Under the pieces are notes generated by a model. It was not told where the DNA came from. It worked only from the letters and a program-made list of their open reading frames with translations, and did no database searches. This document shows, in pieces, positions 48,216-57,039 of a stretch of DNA of 63,474 nt. The stretch is from a virus (Duplodnaviria > Caudoviricetes). How positions within the stretch are numbered: position 1 is the first letter of the stretch; every line of letters begins with the position of its first letter. The stretch spans positions 1 through 63,474 of IMG/VR virus record IMGVR_UViG_3300032177_000011; one strand, written 5' to 3'. The position numbers and the translations under genes are program-made.

Positions 48216-48392
48216 TCAAACCCCCGCTTTCTTTGCAATTTTTTCTGATTCATGTACCCACACGACCAGATCAATGATCAGCTTCCCGGCCATAGCTGTG
48301 ACAGCAGGACTCTCACCCTTTGCCAGTGCCAGCATCTTTTTAGCTAGTGCTGCGGCTTTATCTTGGTCTGCTTTTGAGAGTGGGTAGGTCAT
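48216..48392 (-). CDS. Hypothetical protein
   Basis: GGAGG RBS; ATGA coupling. Confidence 0.5.
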   Translation of the reverse strand: MTYPLSKADQDKAAALAKKMLALAKGESPAVTAMAGKLIIDLVVWVHESEKIAKKAGV

Positions 48393-48613
48393 AGTTGCCC
48401 TCCGTTCTGTGCCCATAGCGCGGCCTTGCTTGCCAGAAAGAAAGCCTCTGCGCAAGTCAGTCGGCTTGACCGGATATACAGGTCTCCGTCCTCGTCGTAT
48501 CCGCAGATCAGCACATCTTGCAAGTGATGTGATTCTGTGTCCACAAGCGCAGACTCAATAGCTTGCTGTGCTGTCATTGTTGTAGTAGGAGGCAGTCGAA
48601 TTAAGTTGCTCAT
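48389..48613 (-). CDS. Hypothetical protein
   Basis: L.DVLICGYDEDG.L..RSS; ATGA coupling. Confidence 0.6.
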   Translation of the reverse strand: MSNLIRLPPTTTMTAQQAIESALVDTESHHLQDVLICGYDEDGDLYIRSSRLTCAEAFFLASKAALWAQNGGQL

Positions 48614-48762
48614 ACGACCCCCGCTTTCTCGTTGACGCGCCACATCCAATCCCAGTACGCTAGAGTTGGGTCGCGTGCTATGCCAAGGCAACCAGCCCCC
48701 CGGCAAAACCACATGGGGCAACGGTAGAGTGCCGACATTTCTTTTCTGATACGTGGTTTCAT
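48610..48762 (-). CDS. Hypothetical protein
   Basis: MKPRIRK...W.C...G....AY.DW; ATGA coupling. Confidence 0.5.
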   Translation of the reverse strand: MKPRIRKEMSALYRCPMWFCRGAGCLGIARDPTLAYWDWMWRVNEKAGVV

Positions 48763-49157
48763 TGCACACCCGCCTGACGTAGTGCGTCGATTGCTTTTGA
48801 TAGAGACTCCATTGCCTTTTGATCGCCATCTCCATACCGATCGCATGTAGCGTATACGTCTACAGCAGAATCAAGTGCCAGCTTTGCAGCCGCTGCGAGT
48901 GCGTCACGCTCTACAAATGAATCTGCCGTGTCTTGCAGTGCTTCTCCGAGACATTTAACGCAAGCTTTATGCCGTTCTACCCATGCATCACGCTCTTCTT
49001 TGATATCAGGGATGGCGTCCACTTCGTATTGCAGCCTGTCACGCTCTTTTGTGAGTTCATCAATCTTGAGTAGCTGCAACATCACGCCGCAGCGCAATTG
49101 CTCGATGTCAAGCTGCGCCAGATCGGCGCGGGCTTGGGTTAGTTCTTGTTCTGTCAT
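48759..49157 (-). CDS. Hypothetical coiled-coil protein
   Basis: Repeated ERD helices; GGAG RBS. Confidence 0.55.
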   Translation of the reverse strand: MTEQELTQARADLAQLDIEQLRCGVMLQLLKIDELTKERDRLQYEVDAIPDIKEERDAWVERHKACVKCLGEALQDTADSFVERDALAAAAKLALDSAVDVYATCDRYGDGDQKAMESLSKAIDALRQAGVQ

Positions 49158-49182
49158 TTAGTTATCTCCATTACTTGTTTAT

Positions 49183-49347
49183 TTACAACTCGCCCCGCAG
49201 CATGGCTTCGGCGTCTTCCCGTGCCCGCTTGGCCTCGTACGCACGGCGCTCTTCTGGGGTGCCGTCTGCAACTTCCGCGAGAAATGCCGTAAGCCAGCAG
49301 CCCGCGACAACGCCAAGGATAAGCATCACCCAGCAGCCGGGGCTCAT
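49183..49347 (-). CDS. Small membrane protein (54 aa)
   Basis: Translated by hand (MSPGCWVMLILGVVAGCWLTAFL...); ATGA coupling. Confidence 0.5.
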   Translation of the reverse strand: MSPGCWVMLILGVVAGCWLTAFLAEVADGTPEERRAYEAKRAREDAEAMLRGEL

Positions 49348-49526
49348 GTCGGGTATCCTTTGGACTTGTACTTGAGGAAGTCCAGTGACCCGGGGCGGGC
49401 TGGGATAATTTGGTCCCCATCACCCGTTTTATAGGTAGTCGCTCTATAGTTACTCTTTGGCGGGGTTGCTTCGTTAGGGCGTTTGGCCCGTGGAACGTAT
49501 GCTTCTGTCTTGGCAGTCTTAGTCAT
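49344..49526 (-). CDS. Hypothetical protein
   Basis: Y.TGDG.....RPGSLDFLKYKSKG; ATGA coupling. Confidence 0.6.
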   Translation of the reverse strand: MTKTAKTEAYVPRAKRPNEATPPKSNYRATTYKTGDGDQIIPARPGSLDFLKYKSKGYPT

Positions 49527-50041
49527 TTCAAGGCTCCGGGGTATGAGGCATTGAGGAATGCTTCATGTTCATCTAATATTAGTTCAAGGTTAGGCGGGGT
49601 CCAGCCCTCGGGTTTCAGAATTTTGCCGTCCTCACGGCGAGTTACCTTGCCAGTAACCGGGTCTACCTTAGCGAAGTTAGAACGAACAACCTCTGCCCAT
49701 CCCTCTTCCATAGGCCAGCCTAACGATAACCCTAGCCCGATCAGCACGACGATGGAGTCCAGCACGGCGTCAAAGGCTTCTACCGCATCACCCGCCTCAA
49801 ATGCCGCGCCAAGTTCGTTTAGCTCTTCGTTTATAAGGTTGGTATACAAGTCGGCTTGGGCTGCGTTTTCTGTGGTGGTTGTCTGCCCGCAAGCCCGCAT
49901 AAATGCCGCTTGGTCTTGGAACACAGACCCTTTATGTTGCTGCATATCCAGCCGTTCCGCCAGAGCACTAGCAAGTCCCTGCACGTTTTGGTTGTCCGCC
50001 TCGCGGATAAGTTCTTCGTTGGATAAGTTGTCGTAGATCAT
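49523..50041 (-). CDS. MazG-like NTP pyrophosphohydrolase
   Basis: LINEELNEL...DAVLD.IVV..G...W.EV..SN..K...REDGKILKPEGW.PP. Confidence 0.8.
   Translation of the reverse strand: MIYDNLSNEELIREADNQNVQGLASALAERLDMQQHKGSVFQDQAAFMRACGQTTTTENAAQADLYTNLINEELNELGAAFEAGDAVEAFDAVLDSIVVLIGLGLSLGWPMEEGWAEVVRSNFAKVDPVTGKVTRREDGKILKPEGWTPPNLELILDEHEAFLNASYPGALK
49571..49584. promoter_or_regulatory. Palindrome copy (ATCTAATATTAGTT)
   Basis: Inside the MazG-like 3' end, 44 nt upstream of the next start. Confidence 0.6.
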
Positions 50042-50043
50042 AG

Positions 50044-50385
50044 TTACTCCTTTGTGAAGTCGATAAAGTCAATGAGCGTGTAGTTTGCATCGGTACGGAA
50101 CCAGACGATGCAAGTCGGCGGAGCTACCGGGGGGCGCTGTAACTGCCCCCCAATAGTAGCCACATTTATGATGGCTTTCAGCCAGTCGGGGCGGTTTTGT
50201 AGCTCTCCTTCTGAGGTCGTCTCTTTGCTTGCGTCGCCCCATGTGCGCAGGGTATATGAGCCTCCTCGCTCCTCATAACGGTTCGAGCAGTACCCGTCTT
50301 CAGGGGGTTGGTAAAAAATCTTCATCTGGTATAGGGCGTCTAGGCGTTTAACCCGCGGCCAGTCAGCAAGCGTCTGCGTCTGCAT
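50044..50385 (-). CDS. Hypothetical protein
   Basis: Fills gap; start set at ATG 50385. Confidence 0.55.
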   Translation of the reverse strand: MQTQTLADWPRVKRLDALYQMKIFYQPPEDGYCSNRYEERGGSYTLRTWGDASKETTSEGELQNRPDWLKAIINVATIGGQLQRPPVAPPTCIVWFRTDANYTLIDFIDFTKE

Positions 50386-51265
50386 CTTCCACCCCCCAGT
50401 CGAAGGCGTCCAAGATAGCGTCCACTTTGCGTTTAGTCTCAATGCGAGTGCTGTCCTCGGTACGTAGTTCTTTAGGAGTAACACCTGTCATGGCATCCAG
50501 TAGTTTGATACGTGCCCGCTCCAGATCAGGGTCAGCCGTGACGTTCAGGGCGTCCAGCAACTCGCACAATTCCTCTGCATTGGACACGAGGGTGTCGTGG
50601 AACTTACGCTTGGTACCATCCTCCTCAATGACGAGGCGATCACTGAGATTGGTCAATACCTTATGCAATCGGGTCCATGAGTCCTGAGTAGACTGCGCAA
50701 GCAATGCCTTGGATTTAGCCTCGTACTGCGCAATGAGTTGCTGTTGTACCTCGCTCTCGATGCCCACCCGGAAGTCACCTGCAATAGGCAGGGGGCTGAA
50801 CGAAGTCTCGATGGCAAACTTACGGGCGATCTGACTACCGGGCAGGTACTCGTCACGGTCGAACAACGTACCCAGTTGAAACGCAGCCGCCGCTACGAGG
50901 GTGTCGTACTTGACTACGAACTTGTCCACGAGGAACTCGAACTCCGCCTTGCACTTGCCCATAGCCCCTTGGTACTCCAGCAGCAGCTTGGTAGGCAGCA
51001 GGCGCTGGCCGTTATCTGCCCACGGCTTAGTCAGGCGGTAATGTTCGGCACGTATGCGGGCTTGGTACTTGGTGATGTCATCCAGCTCCTTGCAGTCAGC
51101 AAACAGCGACTTGTACACAGACGCGGCACGCTTAGAGCCTGAACCCTTGGCCGTGGTAACTTCCGCTTGTGTCTTGCGGTCTTGCTTGCGACCCGAGTAA
51201 ACTTTGATGTTCAGGTCTACTAACATAGCAGCCCGTGCAATTCCGGCGATTGTTGTGATGCTCAT
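50363..51265 (-). CDS. Early protein (DUF3150-like)
   Basis: T.PW.D.G.RLLP, LG.LFD..EY, KFHDTLV.N..ELC..L..LNVT.DP.LE; type often found beside AAA/vWA genes. Confidence 0.6.
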   Translation of the reverse strand: MSITTIAGIARAAMLVDLNIKVYSGRKQDRKTQAEVTTAKGSGSKRAASVYKSLFADCKELDDITKYQARIRAEHYRLTKPWADNGQRLLPTKLLLEYQGAMGKCKAEFEFLVDKFVVKYDTLVAAAAFQLGTLFDRDEYLPGSQIARKFAIETSFSPLPIAGDFRVGIESEVQQQLIAQYEAKSKALLAQSTQDSWTRLHKVLTNLSDRLVIEEDGTKRKFHDTLVSNAEELCELLDALNVTADPDLERARIKLLDAMTGVTPKELRTEDSTRIETKRKVDAILDAFDWGVEDADADAC

Positions 51266-51284
51266 TTGATTTCCTTAGGTTGGT

Positions 51285-51298
51285 AACTAATATTAGTT
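51285..51298. promoter_or_regulatory. Palindrome copy AACTAATATTAGTT
   Basis: Contains the upstream stop codon; 19 nt before the next start. Confidence 0.75.
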
Positions 51299-51706
51299 GT
51301 GGTTGCTTACAGATGGCTTACTGAATACGATAGCTGCGGGTAGCAGCAGAATGGCGGGGTGATGACCGCTAGCGGCCACTAGCCGAACGGCATCGGAAGG
51401 CATATCCAGAAACACCCCGCAGTCATCCCATGCTATGAGCGCCGCTATAGCGCTCCGTGCAGGGGTCCATGCAGCGCTCCGTGCAGGGGTCCATGCAGCG
51501 TCCCGTGCAGCGCCCCGTGCAGCGCCCCATGCAGCGCCCCGTGCAGCGTCCAGTGCAGCGCCCCATGCAGCGCCCCATGCAGCGTCCCATGCAGCGTCCC
51601 GTGCAGCGTCCCATGCAGCGGTCCATGCCTTTGGCGTGGCTGCCAGTGAGGCCAGCACCCTGTCGATGTGCGCGGCGTTAGGTAAGTGTGCCCATGCGGT
51701 AGTCAT
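51293..51706 (-). CDS. AAW/AAR tetrapeptide-repeat protein, copy 1
   Basis: 12-bp tandem units; paralog at 53721-54095. Confidence 0.7.
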   Translation of the reverse strand: MTTAWAHLPNAAHIDRVLASLAATPKAWTAAWDAARDAAWDAAWGAAWGAALDAARGAAWGAARGAARDAAWTPARSAAWTPARSAIAALIAWDDCGVFLDMPSDAVRLVAASGHHPAILLLPAAIVFSKPSVSNHN

Positions 51707-51966
51707 TTTTTTGCAGCGTCCGCTAGTTGCTTGGTGACGAACACCAAGGCCTCATACGATGTGTCTGTCATTACTCCGGGCCTGAGTACGTCTTGCAGCT
51801 TGGTAGGGGCCAGCACATCCATGTAGTTAGTGCCGTTGGTACCTAGTCCTGTGCCCATGTACTTGTTCTCTAACACCTCACCTGTCTCAATAATTTCTGC
51901 GAGGGCTGCAAACTGCGGGATACTTAACACTACGTTAGTCCCGTTAAGGTTAATAAGTAGTTTCAT
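51703..51966 (-). CDS. Hypothetical protein
   Basis: GAGG RBS; ATGA coupling. Confidence 0.55.
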   Translation of the reverse strand: MKLLINLNGTNVVLSIPQFAALAEIIETGEVLENKYMGTGLGTNGTNYMDVLAPTKLQDVLRPGVMTDTSYEALVFVTKQLADAAKK

Positions 51967-52540
51967 AATCTTCCTCTGTTTCAAATGTGATGTCGTTGGC
52001 TTCGCAATACTCGATGTATGATTCTTCGCTAGTCAGGTATTCTTCTTCGTCGCGCAGCATCGTGTGCAACTCGTTACCTAAGTCGTTGCAGTACTTTTGC
52101 ATGGCGGCCTCCAAGTCGGCCTCTGCTTCTTGACTCTCGATAAGCTCCTCCCATGTAGCTTGGTCCAGCCCGGAGAACATACCGGAAGGTGCCGTTTGAT
52201 TAACGTAGGAGTCATACGACACACGCATATTGGAGTTTCGGGTAAGCGACACCGTAGCCCTACCCCCGTCATCCATAACCCCGAGATACAGCGCCGGGTA
52301 CTTCTCTGCCAGCCCTGAGGTCTCCATGAATACCGCAACGTTCACCCAGCCTCCAAACCCTGCCGATCCGGGGATACTGAACGAAGTGTCCACTACTTCT
52401 ACCCCTTTCGGGGCGCAGTCCTCTTTGAACATGTCCACCGTATAGTCCCACCACTCGTAATGCAGGGCATGGGCGCACCACTTGTAATACTCTTTGTCGA
52501 ACCGCTTGGGGTCCGCGATCTTTAGCTCTGCTGCGTTCAT
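51950..52540 (-). CDS. Acidic early protein
   Basis: YEWWDY...L..EEEYLTSEE......AN...F; AGGAG RBS. Confidence 0.6.
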   Translation of the reverse strand: MNAAELKIADPKRFDKEYYKWCAHALHYEWWDYTVDMFKEDCAPKGVEVVDTSFSIPGSAGFGGWVNVAVFMETSGLAEKYPALYLGVMDDGGRATVSLTRNSNMRVSYDSYVNQTAPSGMFSGLDQATWEELIESQEAEADLEAAMQKYCNDLGNELHTMLRDEEEYLTSEESYIEYCEANDITFETEEDYETTY

Positions 52541-52541
52541 G

Positions 52542-53690
52542 TCAATCTCCTAAGTGAATAGTCGTGCCGTATGGCGAACTAATATTAGTTGTCAGCGCCC
52601 ACAGCGTAGGCCATGAGCTATTGCCGAAGCTACCTACGTAACCGTCACTGAACTGGACAATGGCGTCAGGGGATATCTGTTTGTCCCGCAAGTAATCAAA
52701 CAGAACGGAACCGTCTGTACCGCCACCCCCACGGGGCTTGAGATTCTGTACCTCGAACAGCCCGTCCTCGAACACCTGCTCCCCACGTACTTCGGTATCC
52801 CAGTAGATGAGACGACACTTGCTAGGCTTAACGTCCTCGATGATGACCTTGATCTCGGACACGAACCTTGCCATATCTGCGCCGCCGAAGCACGAGCCAG
52901 AGGTGTCGAACCCCACCACGAGTTCTCTAAGGGTATTACTCATCATGCTAGGCATATACACATCGTCGCCTATGTACCTGCGGTTGGGCTTGCGCCATGT
53001 GGACTCGTCGCGCCCCGCACAGGTCTCGGTTATGAAGTCACGCAGCACCTTGCGCCAGTCAACCACGGGCGTCAGCAAGTCACCGAATACCCCGGACTGT
53101 CCCTTGCTACCCTTGCCTTGCATCTTGCTGCGCATGATCTCGCCCTGACGCATAGCCCGGTCAATCTCTTTGGCCTGCGCCTCCTGCTCGGCTTCGCTGG
53201 GGGCGTTGCCCGCTTCCCAATCATGCTCGTCCATACCGCTACCCTCGTCCTTGGGTGGGGGGTCTTGCTTGAGCTTGTCGAAGATCATCGACACGGACAT
53301 ACCGCGGTACTGCGGGTCAGGCTGTACACCTACCTTGAGCATGGTGATGAACCCCTCGCCAGCATCCAAGTCAACCAGTGACAAGTTATTGAAGTGGTCA
53401 GCCGCAATATTCGCAAGCTGACGGTCGATAGCCCACAGACTTTTCCATACATGCAGGTGCCTATAGGCCTTATGCAACGCCTCGTGCAACACGAGGAACC
53501 GAAGCTCTGAGTCCTTGAGCCCGTCAACGAACGCGGGGTTGTACAGCACGTTCCAGCCGTCCGTACAGGCAGTGGGTATGTCCTCGGTCACGGTCACTTT
53601 GCCGCAGGCCAGCAGGCCGGAGAATACGCAGAACTTCTTGTGTTGCATTATTGCAACGTGGGCTTTCTTGATACGATCTGAACTGTTCAT
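52542..53690 (-). CDS. Metallopeptidase-like plus vWA (MIDAS) protein, DUF2201 type
   Basis: PTACTDG, HEALH (HExxH), DTSGS, RGGGGT, FSDGY. Confidence 0.85.
   Translation of the reverse strand: MNSSDRIKKAHVAIMQHKKFCVFSGLLACGKVTVTEDIPTACTDGWNVLYNPAFVDGLKDSELRFLVLHEALHKAYRHLHVWKSLWAIDRQLANIAADHFNNLSLVDLDAGEGFITMLKVGVQPDPQYRGMSVSMIFDKLKQDPPPKDEGSGMDEHDWEAGNAPSEAEQEAQAKEIDRAMRQGEIMRSKMQGKGSKGQSGVFGDLLTPVVDWRKVLRDFITETCAGRDESTWRKPNRRYIGDDVYMPSMMSNTLRELVVGFDTSGSCFGGADMARFVSEIKVIIEDVKPSKCRLIYWDTEVRGEQVFEDGLFEVQNLKPRGGGGTDGSVLFDYLRDKQISPDAIVQFSDGYVGSFGNSSWPTLWALTTNISSPYGTTIHLGD
52577..52590. promoter_or_regulatory. Palindrome copy AACTAATATTAGTT
   Basis: Inside the vWA gene 3' end, 36 nt upstream of the next start. 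Confidence 0.7.
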
Positions 53691-53694
53691 GGTG

Positions 53695-53726
53695 TTTCCT
53701 TAGGTTGTATGTACCTAATATTAGGT
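53695..53726. repeat. 30-bp junction repeat containing RBS and palindrome (ACCTAATATTAGGT)
   Basis: 53695-53724 matches 54101-54130 at 29/30 positions. Confidence 0.8.
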
Positions 53727-54095
53727 AGCGGGACTAAAAACAATAGCTGCGGGTAGCAGCAGAACGGCGGGGTGATGACCGCTAGCGGCCACTAGCCGAA
53801 CGGCATCGGAAGGCATATCCAGAAACACCCCGCAGTCATCCCATGCTATGAGCGCCGCTGTAGCGTCCCATGCAGCGCCCCATGCAGCGCCCCATGCAGC
53901 GCCCCGTGCAGCGTCCCATGCAGCGCCCCGTGCAGCGTCCCGTGCAGCGTCCCCTGCAGCGCTCCGTGCAGGGGTCCATGCGGCGGTCCATGCAGCGCCC
54001 CGTGCAGCGGTCCATAACTCCGGGGTAGCCGTTAGTGATGCCAGCACCCTGTCGATGTGCGTAGCGTTAGGTAAGTGTGCCCATGCGGTAGTCAT
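53721..54095 (-). CDS. AAW/AAR tetrapeptide-repeat protein, copy 2
   Basis: Near-identical N- and C-termini to 51293-51706; fewer repeat units. Confidence 0.7.
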   Translation of the reverse strand: MTTAWAHLPNATHIDRVLASLTATPELWTAARGAAWTAAWTPARSAAGDAARDAARGAAWDAARGAAWGAAWGAAWDATAALIAWDDCGVFLDMPSDAVRLVAASGHHPAVLLLPAAIVFSPAT

Positions 54096-54100
54096 GATGA

Positions 54101-54132
54101 TTTCCTTAGGTTGTATGTAACTAATATTAGAT
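54101..54132. repeat. 30-bp junction repeat containing RBS and palindrome
   Basis: TTTCCTTAGGTTGTATGTAACTAATATTAG. Confidence 0.8.
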
Positions 54133-54158
54133 GGGTTGGCCGGGCGTTGCGTTTTTAA

Positions 54159-54527
54159 TCATAGTAGCTCCTTTGGTACCTCAACCTCGTCACCGAGTTT
54201 GCTGGCAACGAAACAGCGCAGACCAGCAACCAACTCACTGCGGTCACACTGCATCCACTTCTTGGCGTCGTCGCCCTCACCGTACCCGTCAGTCCAGTAC
54301 GCAATCCACAGCCCTGAGTGGTCGATGGTTCGGCTAATTCGGGCCTCGGACAAGATAGGCCCGCCTTGTGACCAGTCGGTTGTCGGCGTGAATCGCTGGC
54401 CTCCGATAGTAGGGTATTTAGGCACGTAGGTATGCCCATTCTTTACTTGAATTACCACAAGCTCTGCACTGTGCGCCACCAGCCAGTCAAGCTGGGTGTT
54501 TGTGGCTTCTGATACTTTGATTTTCAT
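54159..54527 (-). CDS. NinX/DUF2591-like protein
   Basis: QLDWLVA...F.PTTDWSQGGPI...LVAGLRCFVASKLGDEVEVP. Confidence 0.75.
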   Translation of the reverse strand: MKIKVSEATNTQLDWLVAHSAELVVIQVKNGHTYVPKYPTIGGQRFTPTTDWSQGGPILSEARISRTIDHSGLWIAYWTDGYGEGDDAKKWMQCDRSELVAGLRCFVASKLGDEVEVPKELL

Positions 54528-54688
54528 TTCTTACTCCGTAGCAGCATGGTCTGTAACTTGTAGGAATCCCTTGACGGGATGTTGGTTTGGGCTCGGGGGA
54601 TGTAGGCTTTGCTTATACGTTCAACGGACCAGTCCTTGTGCAGGGTGACTACGACTTGGCCGTTTGAGGTGCGTTCTGTAATTAGCAT
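54524..54688 (-). CDS. Hypothetical protein (54 aa)
   Basis: Translated by hand (MLITERTSNGQ...); AGGA RBS; ATGA coupling. Confidence 0.5.
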   Translation of the reverse strand: MLITERTSNGQVVVTLHKDWSVERISKAYIPRAQTNIPSRDSYKLQTMLLRSKK

Positions 54689-54698
54689 GATGATTCCT

Positions 54699-54712
54699 AT
54701 CTAATATTAGTC
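54699..54712. promoter_or_regulatory. Palindrome copy (ATCTAATATTAGTC)
   Basis: At the AAA gene stop, 10 nt upstream of the next start. Confidence 0.65.
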
Positions 54713-55766
54713 AGAAAAATCTCCCTAAGCTAGAGGCCATGACCGTGAAAGTACGGTTTGAGCATGCCATGCCCACCTTAGCCTTGTTGCTTGCCAGTGT
54801 GGTAGCGAACAGACACTTGGCCTCGAACGACTCGAACCGATTGACGTACGTAATGATCGCGCTCAATGTATCCTCCTTGGCACGAGCGGCCAGACTGAAG
54901 GCCATCAAAAAATAACTGCCCGCACCATCAGGGAGCCGTGCCTTGTCGGGGTCAGCCACGATGCTAGCGAAGCTGGTCATACCATCGGCCAGATGCACAA
55001 GGGCCTCAAGGTCACGCGCCGCAGACTCACCCAATGTGCCGATCAGAGCGGGCAGCAGGGCAGCGCCCAGCAAATTACGCTGCTTGACAAGGTTGCTTGC
55101 TTTCTCCATAGACCTAGGGGAACAGAATGCCTTGGTGTTGCCCGTCAACGGGCTGAAGATGTACGGGTTTTTCTCTGCCTTGTCGATCAGGTCGTACCGC
55201 TCGAACACCTGAGGGAAGTCACGGGCAAAGGCCATAACCTCCGGCGCTACGTCATTGTTAGCCGCCCAGCCAAGCCACTCGTCAACCGTAGGGTTAGCCA
55301 CATCCAACACAGTCATGCGGTTATGAGCATGTGCCGGGATAGCATCGCCCACACCGTCAGTCGCAAGGTTAGTCGTACCGAATACGATGCTGCCCACTGG
55401 CAGATGGACATCGCCAAGCCTATGCTCAAGGATAACGGGCAGCAGCATGTTAATAATAGGCCGCGCACCCTTACCCAACTCATCGAGCATCAGCAGCACC
55501 GGGCGCTCTTGGCCCTTGCCGATACCGAACCTCGCATTCGGGGCGTAGTTGGTAACCATATGGTCACGGTCAATGACAGGCATACCGAGGTCACCGAGGT
55601 CAAGGTTAGCTACGTCGATGTAGCACGGGAGATAGTCAGGCAACTCCTTAGCTAGCATACCGAGAAGGGCTGACTTGCCTACACCCGGGGCTCCTTGTAA
55701 CAAAAAAGTGTTCGTGGTTCCACAAGTGCGAATGAGAGTGGCGGCTTGATTGAGATTTACTTGCAT
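54711..55766 (-). CDS. AAA+ ATPase (MoxR/AAA_5-like)
   Basis: Walker A GAPGVGKS, Walker B LLMLDE, TTN, NR, SPRS; start set at ATG 55766 after AAGGA. Confidence 0.85.
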   Translation of the reverse strand: MQVNLNQAATLIRTCGTTNTFLLQGAPGVGKSALLGMLAKELPDYLPCYIDVANLDLGDLGMPVIDRDHMVTNYAPNARFGIGKGQERPVLLMLDELGKGARPIINMLLPVILEHRLGDVHLPVGSIVFGTTNLATDGVGDAIPAHAHNRMTVLDVANPTVDEWLGWAANNDVAPEVMAFARDFPQVFERYDLIDKAEKNPYIFSPLTGNTKAFCSPRSMEKASNLVKQRNLLGAALLPALIGTLGESAARDLEALVHLADGMTSFASIVADPDKARLPDGAGSYFLMAFSLAARAKEDTLSAIITYVNRFESFEAKCLFATTLASNKAKVGMACSNRTFTVMASSLGRFF

Positions 55767-55783
55767 GATGGTTTCCTTGAGGT

Positions 55784-55797
55784 AACTAATATTAGAT
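55784..55797. promoter_or_regulatory. Palindrome copy (AACTAATATTAGAT)
   Basis: Contains the upstream stop; 17 nt before the AAA start. Confidence 0.7.
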
Positions 55798-56553
55798 GGA
55801 GGTGACAGTGGTTGCAGTAAGCTCATACATACGGAACTTGCAGGCTTTCATAATGGCAGCCCAGCATGACTTGATGTCGCCGCGCTCCACACAGAACCGT
55901 GTCTGCGTCTTGTAGTCATACTGCATCTCAAACTTGAAATACTCGATGATCTCGGACCACTGGTGGGCGTTGTAGTCAGTCTCCAAGATATGCTGGAGGC
56001 GGCGGTGGTCCGGCAAGTGGGGTATCCCACTGTCCGGGGCCTTGCATGTGGCATACAGCAAGGGGAACATAGCCTTGAACCCTGACGCCTTGATATCGTC
56101 AGCGAACCGCTTGGACTCTTGCTTGTCGATACCGTACCGCTCGAACGTCTTCAGCGGGGTAGTCAGCGTACCGTCAGCGTCAAACTTCATACCGTCGTAA
56201 TACCTTACGACCTGCCCATCCTTGAGCGTTATGCACAACTGAGACTTACTAAATACTCGTCTGCTGTAGATGTGATGACCCGCCAGTGGTGTGAACCGCA
56301 GTGCTACCCCCACCGCTTCCATAGTTGTCGGGCTGTCGTGCCAACCCGCCGTGTCCAGCATGAACGTCCCATCTTCATAGGCCTGCAGAATATTTGTCCT
56401 GTACATGATGACTGCCATGCAGTCGAACCGCTTAACTACGCGGTGAGTACAGCGACCCCTGCGGCTACCATCCAGCGGAGCGTCACCCTTGTAGGCACCC
56501 TTGGTGTAAACATGCTTGTTCATGTGCATCGACAATTTTGTAAACGTATTCAT
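55792..56553 (-). CDS. Hypothetical early protein (first gene of early operon)
   Basis: 253-aa ORF; Y.T.I......G...L...GW.....T. Confidence 0.65.
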   Translation of the reverse strand: MNTFTKLSMHMNKHVYTKGAYKGDAPLDGSRRGRCTHRVVKRFDCMAVIMYRTNILQAYEDGTFMLDTAGWHDSPTTMEAVGVALRFTPLAGHHIYSRRVFSKSQLCITLKDGQVVRYYDGMKFDADGTLTTPLKTFERYGIDKQESKRFADDIKASGFKAMFPLLYATCKAPDSGIPHLPDHRRLQHILETDYNAHQWSEIIEYFKFEMQYDYKTQTRFCVERGDIKSCWAAIMKACKFRMYELTATTVTSI

Positions 56554-56578
56554 AAGATTCCATTAAGTTAGATAGAGT

Positions 56579-56951
56579 AACTAATCTTAGTTACCCAGTG
56601 GGAGCATCCACTACATAAGGCACAGTCTGTGTGTGCCCTACATGCTAGGCGCTCTAGCACGAACCGCAGTGTGCGGCCCGTCAGAATTCTTTTGGCTTGG
56701 TACGATAGGGGTCGTCGGCGTGACTTATCCCAGCTATGCTGGTTCCACGTCCCTAGGGCTCATGCAGGTTTTCCCTGAGAGGAGCCCGCCCATTTAAGTA
56801 CCTATCGTTTGCATTGCACTGTGCTGTTACCACACATATGCAGGGGCTATACCCTACGCTTACTCGCCAAGGGAGACTCGCACTAGGCGAATCTTTAGGC
56901 TTCCGGATTGAACCGGCAGCGGCTTGCTTGTCCTTCCAACTAATATTAGTT
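56579..56951 (-). ncRNA. Candidate structured non-coding leader/sRNA bracketed by two palindromes
   Basis: No sizeable ORF; several consecutive hairpins; palindromes at 56579-92 and 56938-51. Confidence 0.35.
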
Positions 56952-57039
56952 GGGTAGACTTACGTCAGATTGTTAATGATGTGGCCCGTGGTGAATATGG
57001 TGCCTAACAACTCGAGGCGATCCTCAAGTCGATAAGTCG

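Noticed and set aside
51285-56951. Palindrome series as a CRISPR array or true integron attC array
   Set aside because: Spacing is irregular and gene-sized, there is no cas operon or tyrosine recombinase, and the sites are too short for attC structure
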